Below are positions 14,030-27,035 of a stretch of 64,000 bases of DNA, piece after piece. The stretch's first letter is position 1; every line of letters begins with the position of its first letter. Origin of the DNA: Isurus oxyrinchus (lineage: Eukaryota); assembly GCA_026770705.1 (NCBI GenBank), contig JANJGN010000034.1:15686001-15750000 (forward strand). The letters run 5' to 3'. Position numbers and translations under genes: made by a program. The notes under the pieces are model-generated. The model did not search any database. It was not told the DNA's origin and saw only the letters and a program-made list of their open reading frames with translations.

Positions 14030-14470
14030 AGGTGGGGGGAGGGGGGAGGGGGCGGGAAAGGATGGTTCAAATTTTAACGGTGGGCCGGGAAGTGCGGGGG
14101 CCACCCTGTCAATCGGCACGGGCTCGGTGCCAAGCGACCAATCAGGTGTCGGAATAGCTGGTCAATCAGCGCTTACCCCGCCCCGTTACCATGCACCAAT
14201 GGACCAATCATTGCTGGGTCGATTTGTCTTTTCCCGCCGGGGCCAACCTGGTTCAGGGCCAAGGATTTTCTCCAGCTGTTGGAGGGAGGGGGGAAACCAT
14301 GCGGACGCTGAGAGTGGGGGAGGGGGGGGGGGGGTTGGGTAAGGGGGGGAGGGGCGGAGCGAGCACTGATTGACATGCCAGTCCTGAGCCTGATTGGTTG
14401 GCTGGCTCCGGATCCGCTCCGGGCGCAATGGACAGTCCATTGCGTGGTGGGGGGTGGAACCCAATGGTAA
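14030..14470. promoter_or_regulatory. CpG-rich promoter-like segment with clustered CCAAT and GC boxes
   Basis: GACCAATCA (about 14136 and 14202), CCAAT 14196, CTGATTGG 14390, CCCCGCCCC 14177, GGGGCGG 14352; elevated CpG. Confidence 0.5.
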
Positions 14471-14754
14471 TTTCCAGTTTCAGTTTTTTATCCTCAGTTC
14501 CAGATGGTTCCAACATTAAAGAAAGGCCAACAATTCTCCAGCGTTCCACTCCGGGAATGCTCTACCCTGAAGATAGGCCCGTGGCTCAGCATCGGATAAA
14601 GCTTCATCCTGAGCTGCCCTTGTCCCCACCCTCGGGGGGTGGAGGTGGGGGTGGGGGGGTGGGGGGGGGGGGGGGGGAGGGGGGTGTGTGTGTGTGTGTG
14701 TGTGGTGGGGGGGGGGGGGGGGGGAGCGCAAGAAGGCAGGTCCCAGCTCTTCCT

Positions 14755-15520
14755 TTACTAACATCTGGGGACTTGTGCCAAAACTGGGAGAGCTGTCTCA
14801 CAGACGAGTGAGGCAACAGCCTGACACAGTCATCCTCATGGAATCATGGCTGATGGAAAATGTCCCAGAAACCACCATCGCCGTCCCTGGGTACGTCCCG
14901 TCCCACCGGCAGGGCGTATCCAGCAGAGGTGACGGCACAGTGGTAAACAGTCGGGAGCGAGTTGCCCTGAGAGTCCTCAACGTCAGCTCTTGACCCCATG
15001 AAGACCCATGGCATCAGGTCAAACATGGCCAAGGAAACCTCCTGCTGCCGATTACCATGTACCGTGGCAAACCCCACCACCCCGCCACCCCGCCACCCTC
15101 CTGAGCTGATGAATCAGTGCCCCTCCATGTTGAACGTCACTTGGAGGAAGCACTGAGGGTGGCAAGGGCACAGAATGTACTCTGGGTGGGGAACTTCAAT
15201 GTCCATCACCAAGAGTGGCTCGGTAGCACCACCACAGGCCTAGCTGGCCGAGTCCTAAAGCTCAGAGCTGCTAGACTGGGTCTGCGGCAGGTGGCGAGGG
15301 AACCAATGAGAGGGAAAAACATGCTTGACCTGCTCCTCACCAACCTGCCTGCCGCAGATGCATCTGTCCATGGCCCTATCGGTAGGAGTGACCATCACAC
15401 AGTTGCTGTGGAGGCAAAGTCCCACCTTCACATTGAGGATACCCTCCATCGTGCTGTGTGGCACTACCACAGTGCTAAATGGGATAGATTTTGAACATAT
15501 TATAGCAACTCAAGACTGCA
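14755..15520 (+). mobile_element. APE endonuclease fragment of the tRNA-headed LINE family
   Basis: TNIWGLVPKLGELSH...PDTVILMES, GNFNVHHQEWLG, SDH motifs; homologous to 21040-21800. Confidence 0.8.
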
Positions 15521-15609
15521 GAAGGACCGTCAGCATCTAATATGTACTCAGGTGACTGGAGTGGCGTTTGAACCCACAACCTTCTCAAGCTGAGGTGAGA
15601 GTGTTACCC

Positions 15610-17470
15610 TGGCAGCATCGGCGGAGAACAAAAGAGTTGACGTTTCGAGTCCTCATGACCCTTCGACAGAACTTGATTTCGAGTCCAAGAAAGAGTTGAA
15701 ATATAAGCTGGTTTAACTCCTCTCACTTCCTCCAAATAAAAGGTGTGGCTATGGGTACCCGCATGGGCCCCAGCTATGCCTGTCTCTTTATGGGGTATGT
15801 GGAACATTCCTTGTTGCAGTCCTACTCCGGCCCCCTTCCACAACTTTTTCTCCGGTACATCGATGATTACTTCGGTGCCGCTTCATGCTCTCGTCGGGAC
15901 TTGGAAAAATTTATTAATTTTGCTTCCAGTCTCCACCCCTCCATCATTTTCACGTGGTCCATCTCTGACACTTCCCTTCCCTTCCTTGACCTCTCTGTCT
16001 CAATCTCTGGTGATAGATTGTCCACCAATATCCATTACAAACCCACCGACTCCCACAGCTACCTCGACTACAGCTCCTCACACCCCGCTTCCTGTAAGGA
16101 CTCCATCCCATTCTCCCAGTTCCTTTGCCTTCGTCGCATCTGTTCCGATGATGCTACCTTCAAAAACAGTTCCTCTGACATGTCCTCCTTCTTCCTTAAC
16201 CGAGGTTTTCCACCCACGGTCGTTGACAGGGCCCTCAACCATGTCCGGACCATCTCCCGCACATCCGCCCTCACGCCTTCTCCTCCCTCCCAGAAACATG
16301 ATAGGGTCCCCCTTGTCCTCACTTATCACCCCACCAGCCTCCGCATTCAAAGGATCATCCTCCGCCATTTCCACCAACTCCAGCATGATGCCACCACCAA
16401 ACACATCTTCCCTTCACCCCCCCCTATCGGCATTCCGTAGTGATCGCTCCCTCCGGGACACCCTGGTCCACTCCTCCATCACCCCCTACTCCTCAACCCC
16501 CTCCTATGGCACCACCCCATGCCCACGCAAAAGATGTAACACCTGCCCCTTCACTTCCTCTCTCCTCACCGTCCAAGGGCCCAAACACTCCTTTCAAGTG
16601 AAGCAGCATTTCACTTGCATTTCCCCCAACATGGTCTACTGCATTCGTTGCTCCCAATGTGGTCTCCTCTACATTGGAGAGACCAAACGTAAACTGGGCC
16701 ACCGCTTTGCAGAACACCTGCGGTCTGTCCGCAAGAATGACCCAAACCTCCCTGTCGCTTGCCATTTTAACACTCCACCCTGCTCTCTTTGCCCACATGT
16801 CTGTCCTTGGCTTACTGCATTGTTCCAGTGAAGCCCAACGCAAACTGGAGGAACAGCACCTCATCTTCCGACTAGGCACCTTACAGCCTTCCGGACTGAA
16901 TATTGAATTCAACAACTTTAGGTCGTGAGCTCCCTCCCCCATCCCCACCCCCTTTCTGTTTCCCCCTTTTTCCTTTTTTTTCCAATAAATTATATAGATT
17001 TTTCTTTTCCCACCTATTTCCATTATTTTTAAATATTTTAAAATCTTTTATGCTCCCTCCACCCCCACTAGAGCTGTACCTTGAGTGCCCTACCATCCAT
17101 TCTTAATTAGCACATTCGTTTAGATAATATCACCAACTTTAACTTTAACACCTATGTGTTCTTTTGTACCATTGTCGCTGACATCTTTTGATGATCTGCT
17201 TCTATCACTGCTTGTTTGTCCACACAACTACATACCCCCCCCCCCACAACCCCAACCTCTCTCTCTATCTCTCCGCCCCCCCACACACACCTTAAACCAG
17301 CTTATATTTCAACTCTTTCTTGGACTCGAAATCAAGTTCTGTCGAAGGGTCATGAAGACTCGAAACGTCAACTCTTTTCTTCTCCGCCGATGCTGCCAGA
17401 CCTGCTGAGTTTTTCCAGGTAATTCTGTTTTTGTTTTGGATTTCCAGCATCCGCAGTTTTTTTGTTTTTA
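15610..17470 (+). mobile_element. Penelope-like element with inverted partial repeat at its 5' end and a 14-bp TSD
   Basis: GVAMGTRMGPSYA and RYIDD (RT) plus GIY-YIG. Inverted repeat piece at 15610-15715. TSD TGAGAGTGTTACCC at 15596-15609 and 17471-17484. Confidence 0.92.
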
Positions 17471-17599
17471 TGAGAGTGTTACCCACTGAGTCATGGTTGA
17501 CATGTGGATACCTGTCGCCCTCTGTTAGCCCCGCATCAACATCCATTCTTCAGGTGTGAGTTTTGACAGTGAGGGTTCAATCCTCAATTGCCTCATTCC

Positions 17600-17668
17600 G
17601 CCAGGAGGTGGCGCCGCTCTCCAGCTCAACCGGCCAATAGAAACGGAGCAGCAGCGCCACCTAGCGAA
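17600..17668. promoter_or_regulatory. Convergent pair of CTCF-like motifs
   Basis: GCCAGGAGGTGGCGCC on plus (17600-17615) and TTCGCTAGGTGGCGCT on minus (17653-17668). Confidence 0.5.
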
Positions 17669-17746
17669 CGGAAGGCGTCATTGCAGCAACTCGTTGCAGC
17701 AACTTTTAACATAGACTTGCATTTATAAAGCGCCTTTCAGGACCAC

Positions 17747-18074
17747 CATCCATTCTTAATTAGCACATTCGTTTAGAAAATATCACCAACTTTCACTTTA
17801 ACACCTATGTGTTCTATTGTACCATTGTCGTTGACATCTTTTGATGATCTGCTTCTATCACTGCTTGTTTGTCTACACAACCACCTCTCTCTCTCCCTAT
17901 CTCTCCGCACCCCCCCCCCCCACACACACACCTTAAACCAGCTTATATTTCAACTCTTTCTTGGACTCGAACTCAAGTTCTGTCGAAGGGTCATGAGGAC
18001 TCGAAACGTCAACTCTTTTCTTCTCCGCTGATGCTGCCGGACCTGCTGAGTTTTTCCAGGTAATTCTGTTTTTG
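17747..18074 (+). mobile_element. Solo Penelope-like terminal repeat with hammerhead motif and 12-bp TSD
   Basis: TSD TTTCAGGACCAC at 17735-17746 and 18075-18086; matches 17092-17435. Confidence 0.85.
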
Positions 18075-18237
18075 TTTCAGGACCACGGACGCCTCAAAAT
18101 GCTTTATAGCCAATGAAACACTGTTTTTTGAAGTGTAGTCACAATTGTAATGCACGAAACAGGGCAATGAACTTACACACAGAAGCTCCCAGAAACGCCA
18201 TCAGAAAAAGGGGTTTGCTTTTTGTGATTTTTTAAAA

Positions 18238-18580
18238 TATTCATTCATGGGATGTGGGCATCGCTGGCTCAACCAGCATTTATTGCACATCACAATTGCC
18301 CTTGTTCAGAGGGCATTTAAGAACCAACCGCATTGCTGTGGGTCTGGAGTCACATGCAGGCCCAACCAGGTAAGGGCAGCAGCAGATTTCCTTCCCTGAA
18401 GGATGTTAGTGAAGCAGGTGGGTTTTTATGACCATAGTTTTGTGGTTATCATCAGACTTTTAATTTTAGATTTTTATAGAATTCAAATTTCACTATCAGC
18501 CAAAGCACGATGTGAACCCAGCGCCTCAGAGAATTACCCTGGGTCTCTGGAAAATTAACCCTGTGATAATACCACCACTT
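18238..18580 (-). mobile_element. tRNA-headed SINE (same family as 3752-4090)
   Basis: Same body and the tail CCCACATCCCATGAATGAAT on minus. Confidence 0.75.
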
Positions 18581-18869
18581 CCCCAACTTGGTTTTTCTAA
18601 GGCACCAGGGAAAAGCTCTCTGTTCTGGTTCGTAATAGTGGCTTTGGGAGTTTTTCATCCACCTCGGAAGGAAGACAACACTGCATTTTAATGTTTCACC
18701 CTCTATTTTGAATGATGGAACAAGCTTTGGGAGCCGAATGGCCTCCTCCTGCTCCTATTTCTGATGTTTTGAAAATGGATGTTCCAAGTGTGGGAAGGAC
18801 AGTCCCTGCCTATTCCCCCGTCCCTTACTGTGTGTAGTCAAGTATCGGTGGTGTGAGGGACTGAAGCCT

Positions 18870-19270
18870 CCACCAATATCACGGCTTCCCCATGGTTCAG
18901 TGAGTAGCTCTGAGTCTGAGTTCACACAGCCACTCCAAAGAGCTGAGCACAAAATTCACGCTGACTTTCTTGAGTACCAGCACTGAGGGAGTTCTACACT
19001 ATCAGCTGGTCAGAACTGTGGGAGAGCTGCACTGCCAGAGGGTCAGTACTGAGGGAGTGCTGCACTGTCATAGTTATCATTTGAATGAGACATTGAACTG
19101 AGGCTCAGTCTGCCCTCTCAGGTAGATAAGACAACATCACCCCTACCACTAATTGGAAGAAGGACAGGGGAAGTTCTCCCTGTTGTCCTGGAGCCAATAT
19201 TTACCCCTCAATCACTGAAAACAGATGATCTGGGTTATTATCACATTGTTGTTTGTGGGAATATGCTGAT
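18870..19270 (+). mobile_element. DeuSINE-like tRNA SINE
   Basis: CAGTACTGAGGGAGTGCTGCACTG core shared with 49200-50020; family assignment from recall. Confidence 0.55.
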
Positions 19271-19419
19271 GGAATTAACACGCTCCAGGATCTCTAAGGT
19301 GGTGACCTGATCCTACCAAGAAATGCTGAGGATATGTCTGAGGCACAGAATGTGGAAACTGTTCAGTGTTTTCTCCTACTGAGTGTATGTTGTCCAGGTC
19401 TCAGTTCTGTAGAGGAGAT

Positions 19420-19870
19420 GGCTGAAGATGCAGAAATCCTGGAACATATTAATTCCCTCAGCCTCCTGTCATTGCTAAGCCAACGATGCCTGTGCTGGCT
19501 CAGCCACATTCATTGGAGGGATAATGCCATATACCCAAAGGCCTTCTTATTGATGAAGTGGCCACTGGGTCCCGACCCCCTCAGTGTCCATATCACCACT
19601 GTAAGGGACACCTGTAAGGGAGATATGAAGATGGTAGATATTGACATTGTCAGTTTGGAGACAGCTGATGGCTGTGACCTCTAGAGGCTGAACAAGGGCA
19701 ATTAGGGAAGAAGCGAGCAGAAACAAAAACTCAGCTGGCCAAGAAGAGGGCCCAGAGAAACCAGAGGCCAGAGAATCGTGCACCTTCTCAACCCACTGTC
19801 TTCCACTGCAGCAAATGTGGCAGATACTGTCACGCCAACGTGGGGTACCACATGGCCTATGGAGACAGGG
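19420..19870 (+). mobile_element. RTE-clade LINE 3' fragment
   Basis: LSQRCLCWLSHIHW, RDTCKGDMK and a terminal FHCSKCGRYCH zinc-finger-like motif. Confidence 0.6.
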
Positions 19871-20639
19871 CTGGCAATTAAAAGGAGTTTGACTGTGTGA
19901 TTGGTCATGTTGTTCAATTGCTTTAATAATGTTTTTCTCAGGCTGTTCAATGCTTCTCCCAATCTACTGCTATGTGGCACCAGTACCCTCACAAGCTGGT
20001 GCAATATACCACTTTCTCCCAGCCCATCCCCGATTGGCTACTATCTGATACCCCCAGACTGGACAAGGGCCTATGTCCTCCCCCAGGCTTTCTCCTGACT
20101 CAGCGGCAAGCCCAGCACTTGAAGATTGGTAGATGATGCAAGTAAGAAGTTTCAAGTTTGGCCAGAGCTGTGCCCAACCCTGTGCTTGAGGCTCTGTACG
20201 AACACCCACGGGCAAGTCTGCAAGCAGGTGAGCTGTGTGTGTGTATGAGAGAGGGGGATATTGCTGTATTCAATGTTCACTACGTATGTGCATTTGTGTA
20301 TGTGTGCGTGTGTGCGTTTGTAAGGCTCACACTGCCTGTATGTTTGTAAAGTTCACCTGTGGGTGGTGTATATTTTATAATTGAGGCATTCTTTGCTTTA
20401 GAAATCTAAAAACTCAGGGATCTTAGAAAATACATGGGTGTGTCCACATTGCCTGACAAGTGATTGTTATTTATAATGTTTACAGCAGGGAGTGTGTAAT
20501 ATTAAACAAATATCCCAGAGATTCTGTTACTATACATCCATAAAATAATAATCTATCTGGTATATGTGCCTGTTTAACGTTTTGTACACTGTTCACTCCT
20601 ATTGAAATTTATGATCGTCTCTCTCAGATATGAAGCTTA

Positions 20640-23600
20640 ACGATGATGTGGTGATGTGATATTGTCACTGGACTGCTAATCCAAAGACTCAGGGTAATGC
20701 GCTGGGGACTGGGGTTTGAATCCCACCACACGAGATGGTGGAATTTGTGTTCAATAAAAATCTTGAATTACAAGTCTAATGATCGATTGTCATAAAAATC
20801 CATCTGGTTCACTAATGCCTTTTTGGGAAGGAAAGCTGCTGTCTCAGCTGGTCAGGCCTCTGTGACTCCAGATCCGCAGTAACGTGGTTGATTCTGAAAT
20901 GACCTAGTAAGCCACTCAGTTGTATCAAACCTCTAAAATGTCGATAAAAAGCAATGAAACCGGACAGACCACCCGGCATCAACCTAGCCTCCGGAAACGA
21001 CAAAGCCAAACCAAGCTCTGTCAACCCTGCAAAATCCTCCATTACCAACATCTGGGGACTTGTGCCAAAATTGGGAGAGCTGTCTCACAGACTAGTGAGG
21101 CAACAGCCTGACACAGTCATCCTCATGGAATCATATCTGACAGAAAATGTCCCAGAAACCACCATCGCCATCCCTGGGTATGTCCTGTCCCACCTGCAGG
21201 ACAGACCCAGCAGAGGTGGCAGCACAGTGGTAAACAGTCAGGAGCGAGTTGCCCTGAGAGAGTCCTCAACATCAACTCCTTACCCCATGAAGACTCATGG
21301 CATCCAGTTAAACATGGGCAAGGAAATCTCCTGCTGATTCCCATGTACCGTGGCAAACCCCACCACGCCACCACCCCCCACACCCCTGAGCTTATGAATC
21401 AGTCCTCCTCCACGTTGAACATCATTTGGAGGAAGCACTGAGGAAGGCAAGGGTGCAGAATCTACTCTGGGTGGGGAACTTCAATGTCAATCACCAGGAG
21501 TGACTTGGTAGCACCACCACAGGCCTAGCTGGCTGAGTCCTAAAGCTCAGAGCTGCTAGACTGGGTCTGCAGCAGGTGACGAGGGAACCAATGAAAGGGG
21601 ACAACATACTTGACCTCATCCTCACCAACCTGCCTGCCGCAGATTCATCTGTCCAAGACAATATCAGTAGGAGTGACCACCACACAGTCATCATGGAGGC
21701 AAAGTCCCGCCTTCACATTGAGGATACCCTCCATTGTGTTGTGTGGCACTACCACCGTGCTAAATGGGTTAATTTTGAACAGATGTAGTAACTCAAGACT
21801 GGGCATTCATGAGGCACTTTGGGCCATTAGCAGCAGCAGAATTCTACTCAACGACAATCTGTAACCTCATGGCCCAGCATGTTACCCGCTCTACCATTAA
21901 CAAGTCAGGGGATCAACCTTGGATCAATGAAAAGTGCAGGAGGGCATGCCAGGAGCAGCACCAGGCATACCTCACAATGAGGTGTCAACCTGCTGAAGCT
22001 AACCCAGGACTACTTGCCAAACAGCGTAAGCAGTCTAAGTGATAGACAGAGCTAAGCATTTCCACAAACAATGGATCAGATCTAAGCTCTGCGGTCCTGC
22101 CACAAACAGTCGTGAATGGTGGTGGACAATTAAACAATCACTGGAGGAGGTGCCACAAATATCCCCATCTCCCATGATGGAGGAGCCCAGCACATAAGTG
22201 GAGAAGATAAGGCTGAAGTATTCGCAACAATCTTCAGCCAAAAGTGCCGAATGGATGATTTGTCTCAGCCGCCTCCAGAGGTCCCCAGTGGTCTTCAGCC
22301 AATTCGATTCACTCCACGTGATATCAAGAAACGGCTGAACGCCCTGGATACTGCAAAGGCTATGGGCCCTGACAACATTCTGGTAATAGTACTGAAGATT
22401 TGTGCTCCAGAACTTGCTGTGCCCCCAGCCAAGCTGTCCCATTACAGCTACAACACTGGCATCTGCCAAGGTACGTCCTGTACACAAAAGGCAGGAGAAA
22501 TCCAACTTGGCCAATTACAGCCCCATCAGTCTACTCTCGATCATCAGTAAAGTGATGGAAAGGGTTATGAACAGTGCTGTCAAGTGGCACTTACTTAGCA
22601 TTAACCTGCTCACTGATGATCAGTTTGTGTTGCACCAGGGCCACTCAGCACCTGACCTCATAACAGCCTTGGTTTAAACATGGACAAAAGAGCTGAACTC
22701 AGGAGGTGAGGTGAGAGTAACTTGCCCTTGACATCAAGGCAGCATTTAACGGATTGAAGCATCAAGGATCCCTAGCAAAACTGGAGTCAATGGGAATCGG
22801 GGGAAAGCTCTCCACTAGTTAAAGTCATACCTAGCACAAGGAAAATGGTTGTGGTTGTTGGAGGTCAATCATCTCAGCTCCAGGACATCACTGCAGGAGT
22901 TCCTCAGGATAGTGTCCTAGGCCCAACCATCTTCAGCTGCTTCATCAATGACCTTCCTTCCATCATAAGGTCAGAAGTGGGGATGTTCACTGACGATTGC
23001 ACAATGTTGAGCACCATTCATGACTCCTCAGATACTGAAGCAGCCTATGTCCAAATGCATAAGGCTGGACAATGCCCTGGCAAATAACATTTGTGCCACA
23101 CAAGTGCCAGGCAATGACCATCTCCAATAAGAGAGAATCCAACCATCACCACATGACATTCAATTGCATTACCATTGCTTAATCCCCCACTGTCAACATC
23201 ATGGGGCGAGCAACTCTCTGGAATCCTGAGGTGCACAACTCACCTCCTGACCTCCTAAAGCTTGTCCACCCATCTACAAGGCACAAGTCAGGAATGTGAT
23301 GGGAATACTCCCCACCTACCTGGGTGGGTGCAGCTCGAAAAACGCACAAACTCGACACCATACAGGACAAAGCAGCCTGCTTGATTTGTATCACCTACAA
23401 GATGCACTGAGCAATCACCATGGCACCTTCGGCAGCACAACCGCTCCCACCTGGAAGGACAAGGGCAGCAGATGCATGGGAACACCACCACCTGGAAGTT
23501 CTCCTCCGAGTCACTCACCATCCTGATTTGCAACCACATCGCCGTTCCTTCACTGTCGCTGGGTACAAATCCTGGAACTCCCTCCCTAACAGCAGTGTGG

Positions 23601-23725
23601 GTCTTCCTACAATACATGGACTGCAGCGGTTCAAGAAGGCAGATCACCACAACCTTCTAAAGGGCAATTAGGGATGAGCAATAAATGCTGGGCCCAGCCA
23701 GCGACACCTACATCTCATGAATGAA
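20640..23725 (+). mobile_element. Near full-length ORF1-less CR1-group LINE with tRNA-like 5' head
   Basis: B-box GGTTTGAATCC at about 20713; ATG 20954 leads into APE motifs, then KAMGPDNI, NYSPISLL and GVPQDSVLGP...FTDD; tail ATGAATGAAT at about 23725. Many frameshifts. Confidence 0.85.
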
Positions 23726-26724
23726 TTTTTTGAAAAATAACAGGAGACAGTGAAAGAGTTTCCGCTCTCCAATTTGTGAATGGGAGGCTTTTTTATAAAA
23801 TTCAGTATTTATTTACTGACAGTTAAAAATTCCACAGCTGAATATCTGTGATTCAATACAAATTCAGCAAATTTATCCCAATAATAATGCATAAATCTGA
23901 AGTGTGATTAGGTGCTGCCTGAAAGGGCTTTGGAAGCAGATTCAATAGGAACTTTCAAAGGGGAACTGGACAAATACTTGAAGGGGATATAATTGCAGGG
24001 GTCTGGTGGAAAGAGCGGGGAATTAGGTCTAAATGGATATAAAGTCACTACAAGCATGATGGGCTGAATGGCCTCCCCTCTGTCATTCCATGGCTCCACC
24101 TATCCAAGGTTTGCATTAAAAACTGTGGATTAAAGCGAGAGTCAAATATACAAATGCATAATTTTTGGTAACAGGCAGTTTTAATCTGTAAACCAGTTAG
24201 AATCAAAATTCTGGATATAAAATAGGCACTGATAATAATGTAACAACAATTCCAAAAGAAAAGTACCATTTAAATATAAATATGTCAACATAATACATAT
24301 AAAATATTTAATATATCCATTGACTAATATGACCAGAATTGAAACTAAAACTTCATTGTGTTAATAACCATTCTAAAAATATAATGGAAAAGTAAGATTG
24401 AAAGAAAAGGATATATCAGCATATCTTTGGCCAGATGCAGAGGGAATTTCTGAAGCCTCTTTCCATATTTACCCCCATGGGAGCAGCATCACTACAAGGA
24501 CTGCAGTGCTTCAAGTAGAGATGGACAATAAATGGGGCCCTGGCAGCATCATCCACACTGAGAACAAGTGAATACATTCATCAGAAACTGCCTGATGTTC
24601 CCACTCACTCATCAATAAGATTTTTTTGGAAGTTACCATCTCACACGGAGTGATTAATTGGGTTACACAGCTAAAGATTGTCCTGTATGTTCCTGAGAGT
24701 TTGAAATACTTGGGACTACTTTTCCAGTAAACGGAAAATACTTCCACAATGAGTTTCCCTCCTGTTTGTACAAAGTGGGAAGTGATTGTTGGTCCCAATC
24801 CTGAGCTCAGCCTTTCCACCAGGAATCACTCGATAACCACAAGACTGGGCTGATTTTCCCCTCCCTGACCCAGGCTCAGTGCAGGGGAAGGTCAGTTAGT
24901 GCTGGGCAGTCCTGGTCCCCACAAGGTTTTGTTCTCCAGCCGCTCCATCCGATGCTCAGGTGCTGTTGTCACAAGGCCCCGTGCTTCACCTCAATAGGTC
25001 ACCTCTGTCACAGGGACATCATTAGGTCCTTCATTCTGATTGTTGGAGTGTTGATTTTGAACACAATTCCTAGGAGAGAAAAACCAGCAGAGTTCAGGTG
25101 ACATGAAAAGAATCCAATACTTTGGACAAGTGTGTAAAGGAGCCGTTCAGGAGCACAGACCCGATTAAATTACACTCAACATCCTGGGTACCAATAGCAG
25201 CTGGAAAATGGGTCACAGGAGCTGTACGGTGATGGAGCACAGAGGGCAGAGGAGGGGAGGCTTATAGGGGAGGCAATGGGCAAGAGTTGGACACTCCACA
25301 GGAGCTGTGGAAGGGCCAGAGGTTAGAGTTAGAGAACCCTACAATAGTTCCTCCTCCCACTGTGAGGGGCGTATGTGGGGACAGGCGGTGAGCACGGAGA
25401 TGCGGATATTGAGTGGAACAAGGGAATCCGAGTTGGCCTTCCCAGTGACTGAATCATCTAATATCCGGGTTAAAGGGCGGTGGTTTGAAAAGTGTAGCAT
25501 ACTGAACAACAACAACTTGCGTTTATATAGAACCTTGAACAGAACATATCCTAAGTGCTAACGAAGCAAATTTTGACATCAAGCTAAACAAGGGTTCAGG
25601 CAGTGAGGTAGGCTTTAAGGAGCAAATGGTGTTGTTGGGAGGTAAGGAAGAGAGACAGACACAGACACACACAGACAGGCAGAGGTTGAGGGAGGGAATT
25701 CCAGAGTTCAGGTCCAGGCAGCTAAAGGCTCAGCCACCAATGATGTAGCGATGGAAAATCAGGGATTCTGAAGACACCAGAATTGGAGGAGTGCAGAGAT
25801 CTGAGGGTTGTGGGGCGGAAGGAGGTTACACATGGGGAGGAGTGAGGCCACAGAATGTTTGATAAAAGGGTGAGAATGTTAAAATCTGTCGATCTCAGTC
25901 CTAAATCAATTCAAGGATGAACAGCGGCAGATTTACAATCAAACCCTTGTGACACGGGACCCCCCAAACGACAGGGGAGTGGGGGGGGGAGATACCAAAA
26001 TGAGTGAGTGAGTGCTGAACTGTTGGAAGTGCTGTCTTTCAGCTGAGATGTTAAACTGCCTGCTCAGCTGTCTAGCAGCCTCCTGTGCAGCGAAGTGTTC
26101 GGGCACAGCACGCCGAAATTATTCACCAAAAACCAGCTTCTGGTTGTCTGAGCTGTAGCTCAGCCGGCAGGGCACAGCTGCCGTTCTCTGTAGCCGGCAG
26201 AGCCCTGTAACTGGTCGCGCCTCAATCCAACCTTGTGGCCCGGTGGGTGCAGGAGGCCCGGTGTTCATCGGCAGGTTTCATCATTTTCCCGGGATCGGTT
26301 GGTGTCGGTAACCCAATATAGTACCGCTGGGGGCTCTGCTCTTTCCAACGAGCCTGACCAGGATCACACTTGTGGTTTTGGAAGAAAAGACTTCAGACCA
26401 CAGGCGTGAAAAATCCCATTGAAATCGATGGGAAATGAGCCAGCGGGACAAGGCAGGATTGTTCCCGGCAAATTGCAGCCTCATTTCCCGCGGGTTTTCG
26501 ACATTTGTTCCGATGCATTCAGACGGCTGCCGGAAGCCTCCTCTGGTTTTGTCACCATTTGACGCCGCTTGTGGCCCACCAGCAGCTTCCGATGCAGCAA
26601 AACGTCCAGACACGGGTCGCCAAAATTATTCACCGAAACCGCTTTCCGGTCTCTGGGCTCTAGCTCTGCCAGGCAACGCGCTGTGGGCAGCGCACAGCTA
26701 CCGTTTTCCAAAACCGGCCAAGCC

Positions 26725-27035
26725 GTAAGACCATAAGATGCAGGAGCAGAAATAGGCCATTCAGCCCATCGAGTCTGCTCTGCCATTCAATGAGATCATG
26801 GCTGATCTGATAATCCTGAACTCCACTTCCCTGCCTTTTCCCCATAACCCCCGATTCCCTTACTGATTAAAAATCTATCTCAGGCTTGAATATACTTAAC
26901 GACCCAGCCTCTACAGCCCTCTGCAGATTCACAACCCTCAGAGAAGAAATTCCTCATCTCTGTATTAAATGGGTGACCCCTTGCTCTGAGAGTGTACCCT
27001 CTGGTCCTAGACTCTCCCACAAGGAGAAACAACCT
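26725..27035 (-). mobile_element. CR1 3' fragment (paralogous copy at 54843-55265)
   Basis: CCATAAGA tail and a match to the 3' end of the 6746 element. Confidence 0.7.

Noticed and set aside
14398-14816. Gly/Pro-rich ORFs
   Set aside because: Poly-G and GT microsatellite.
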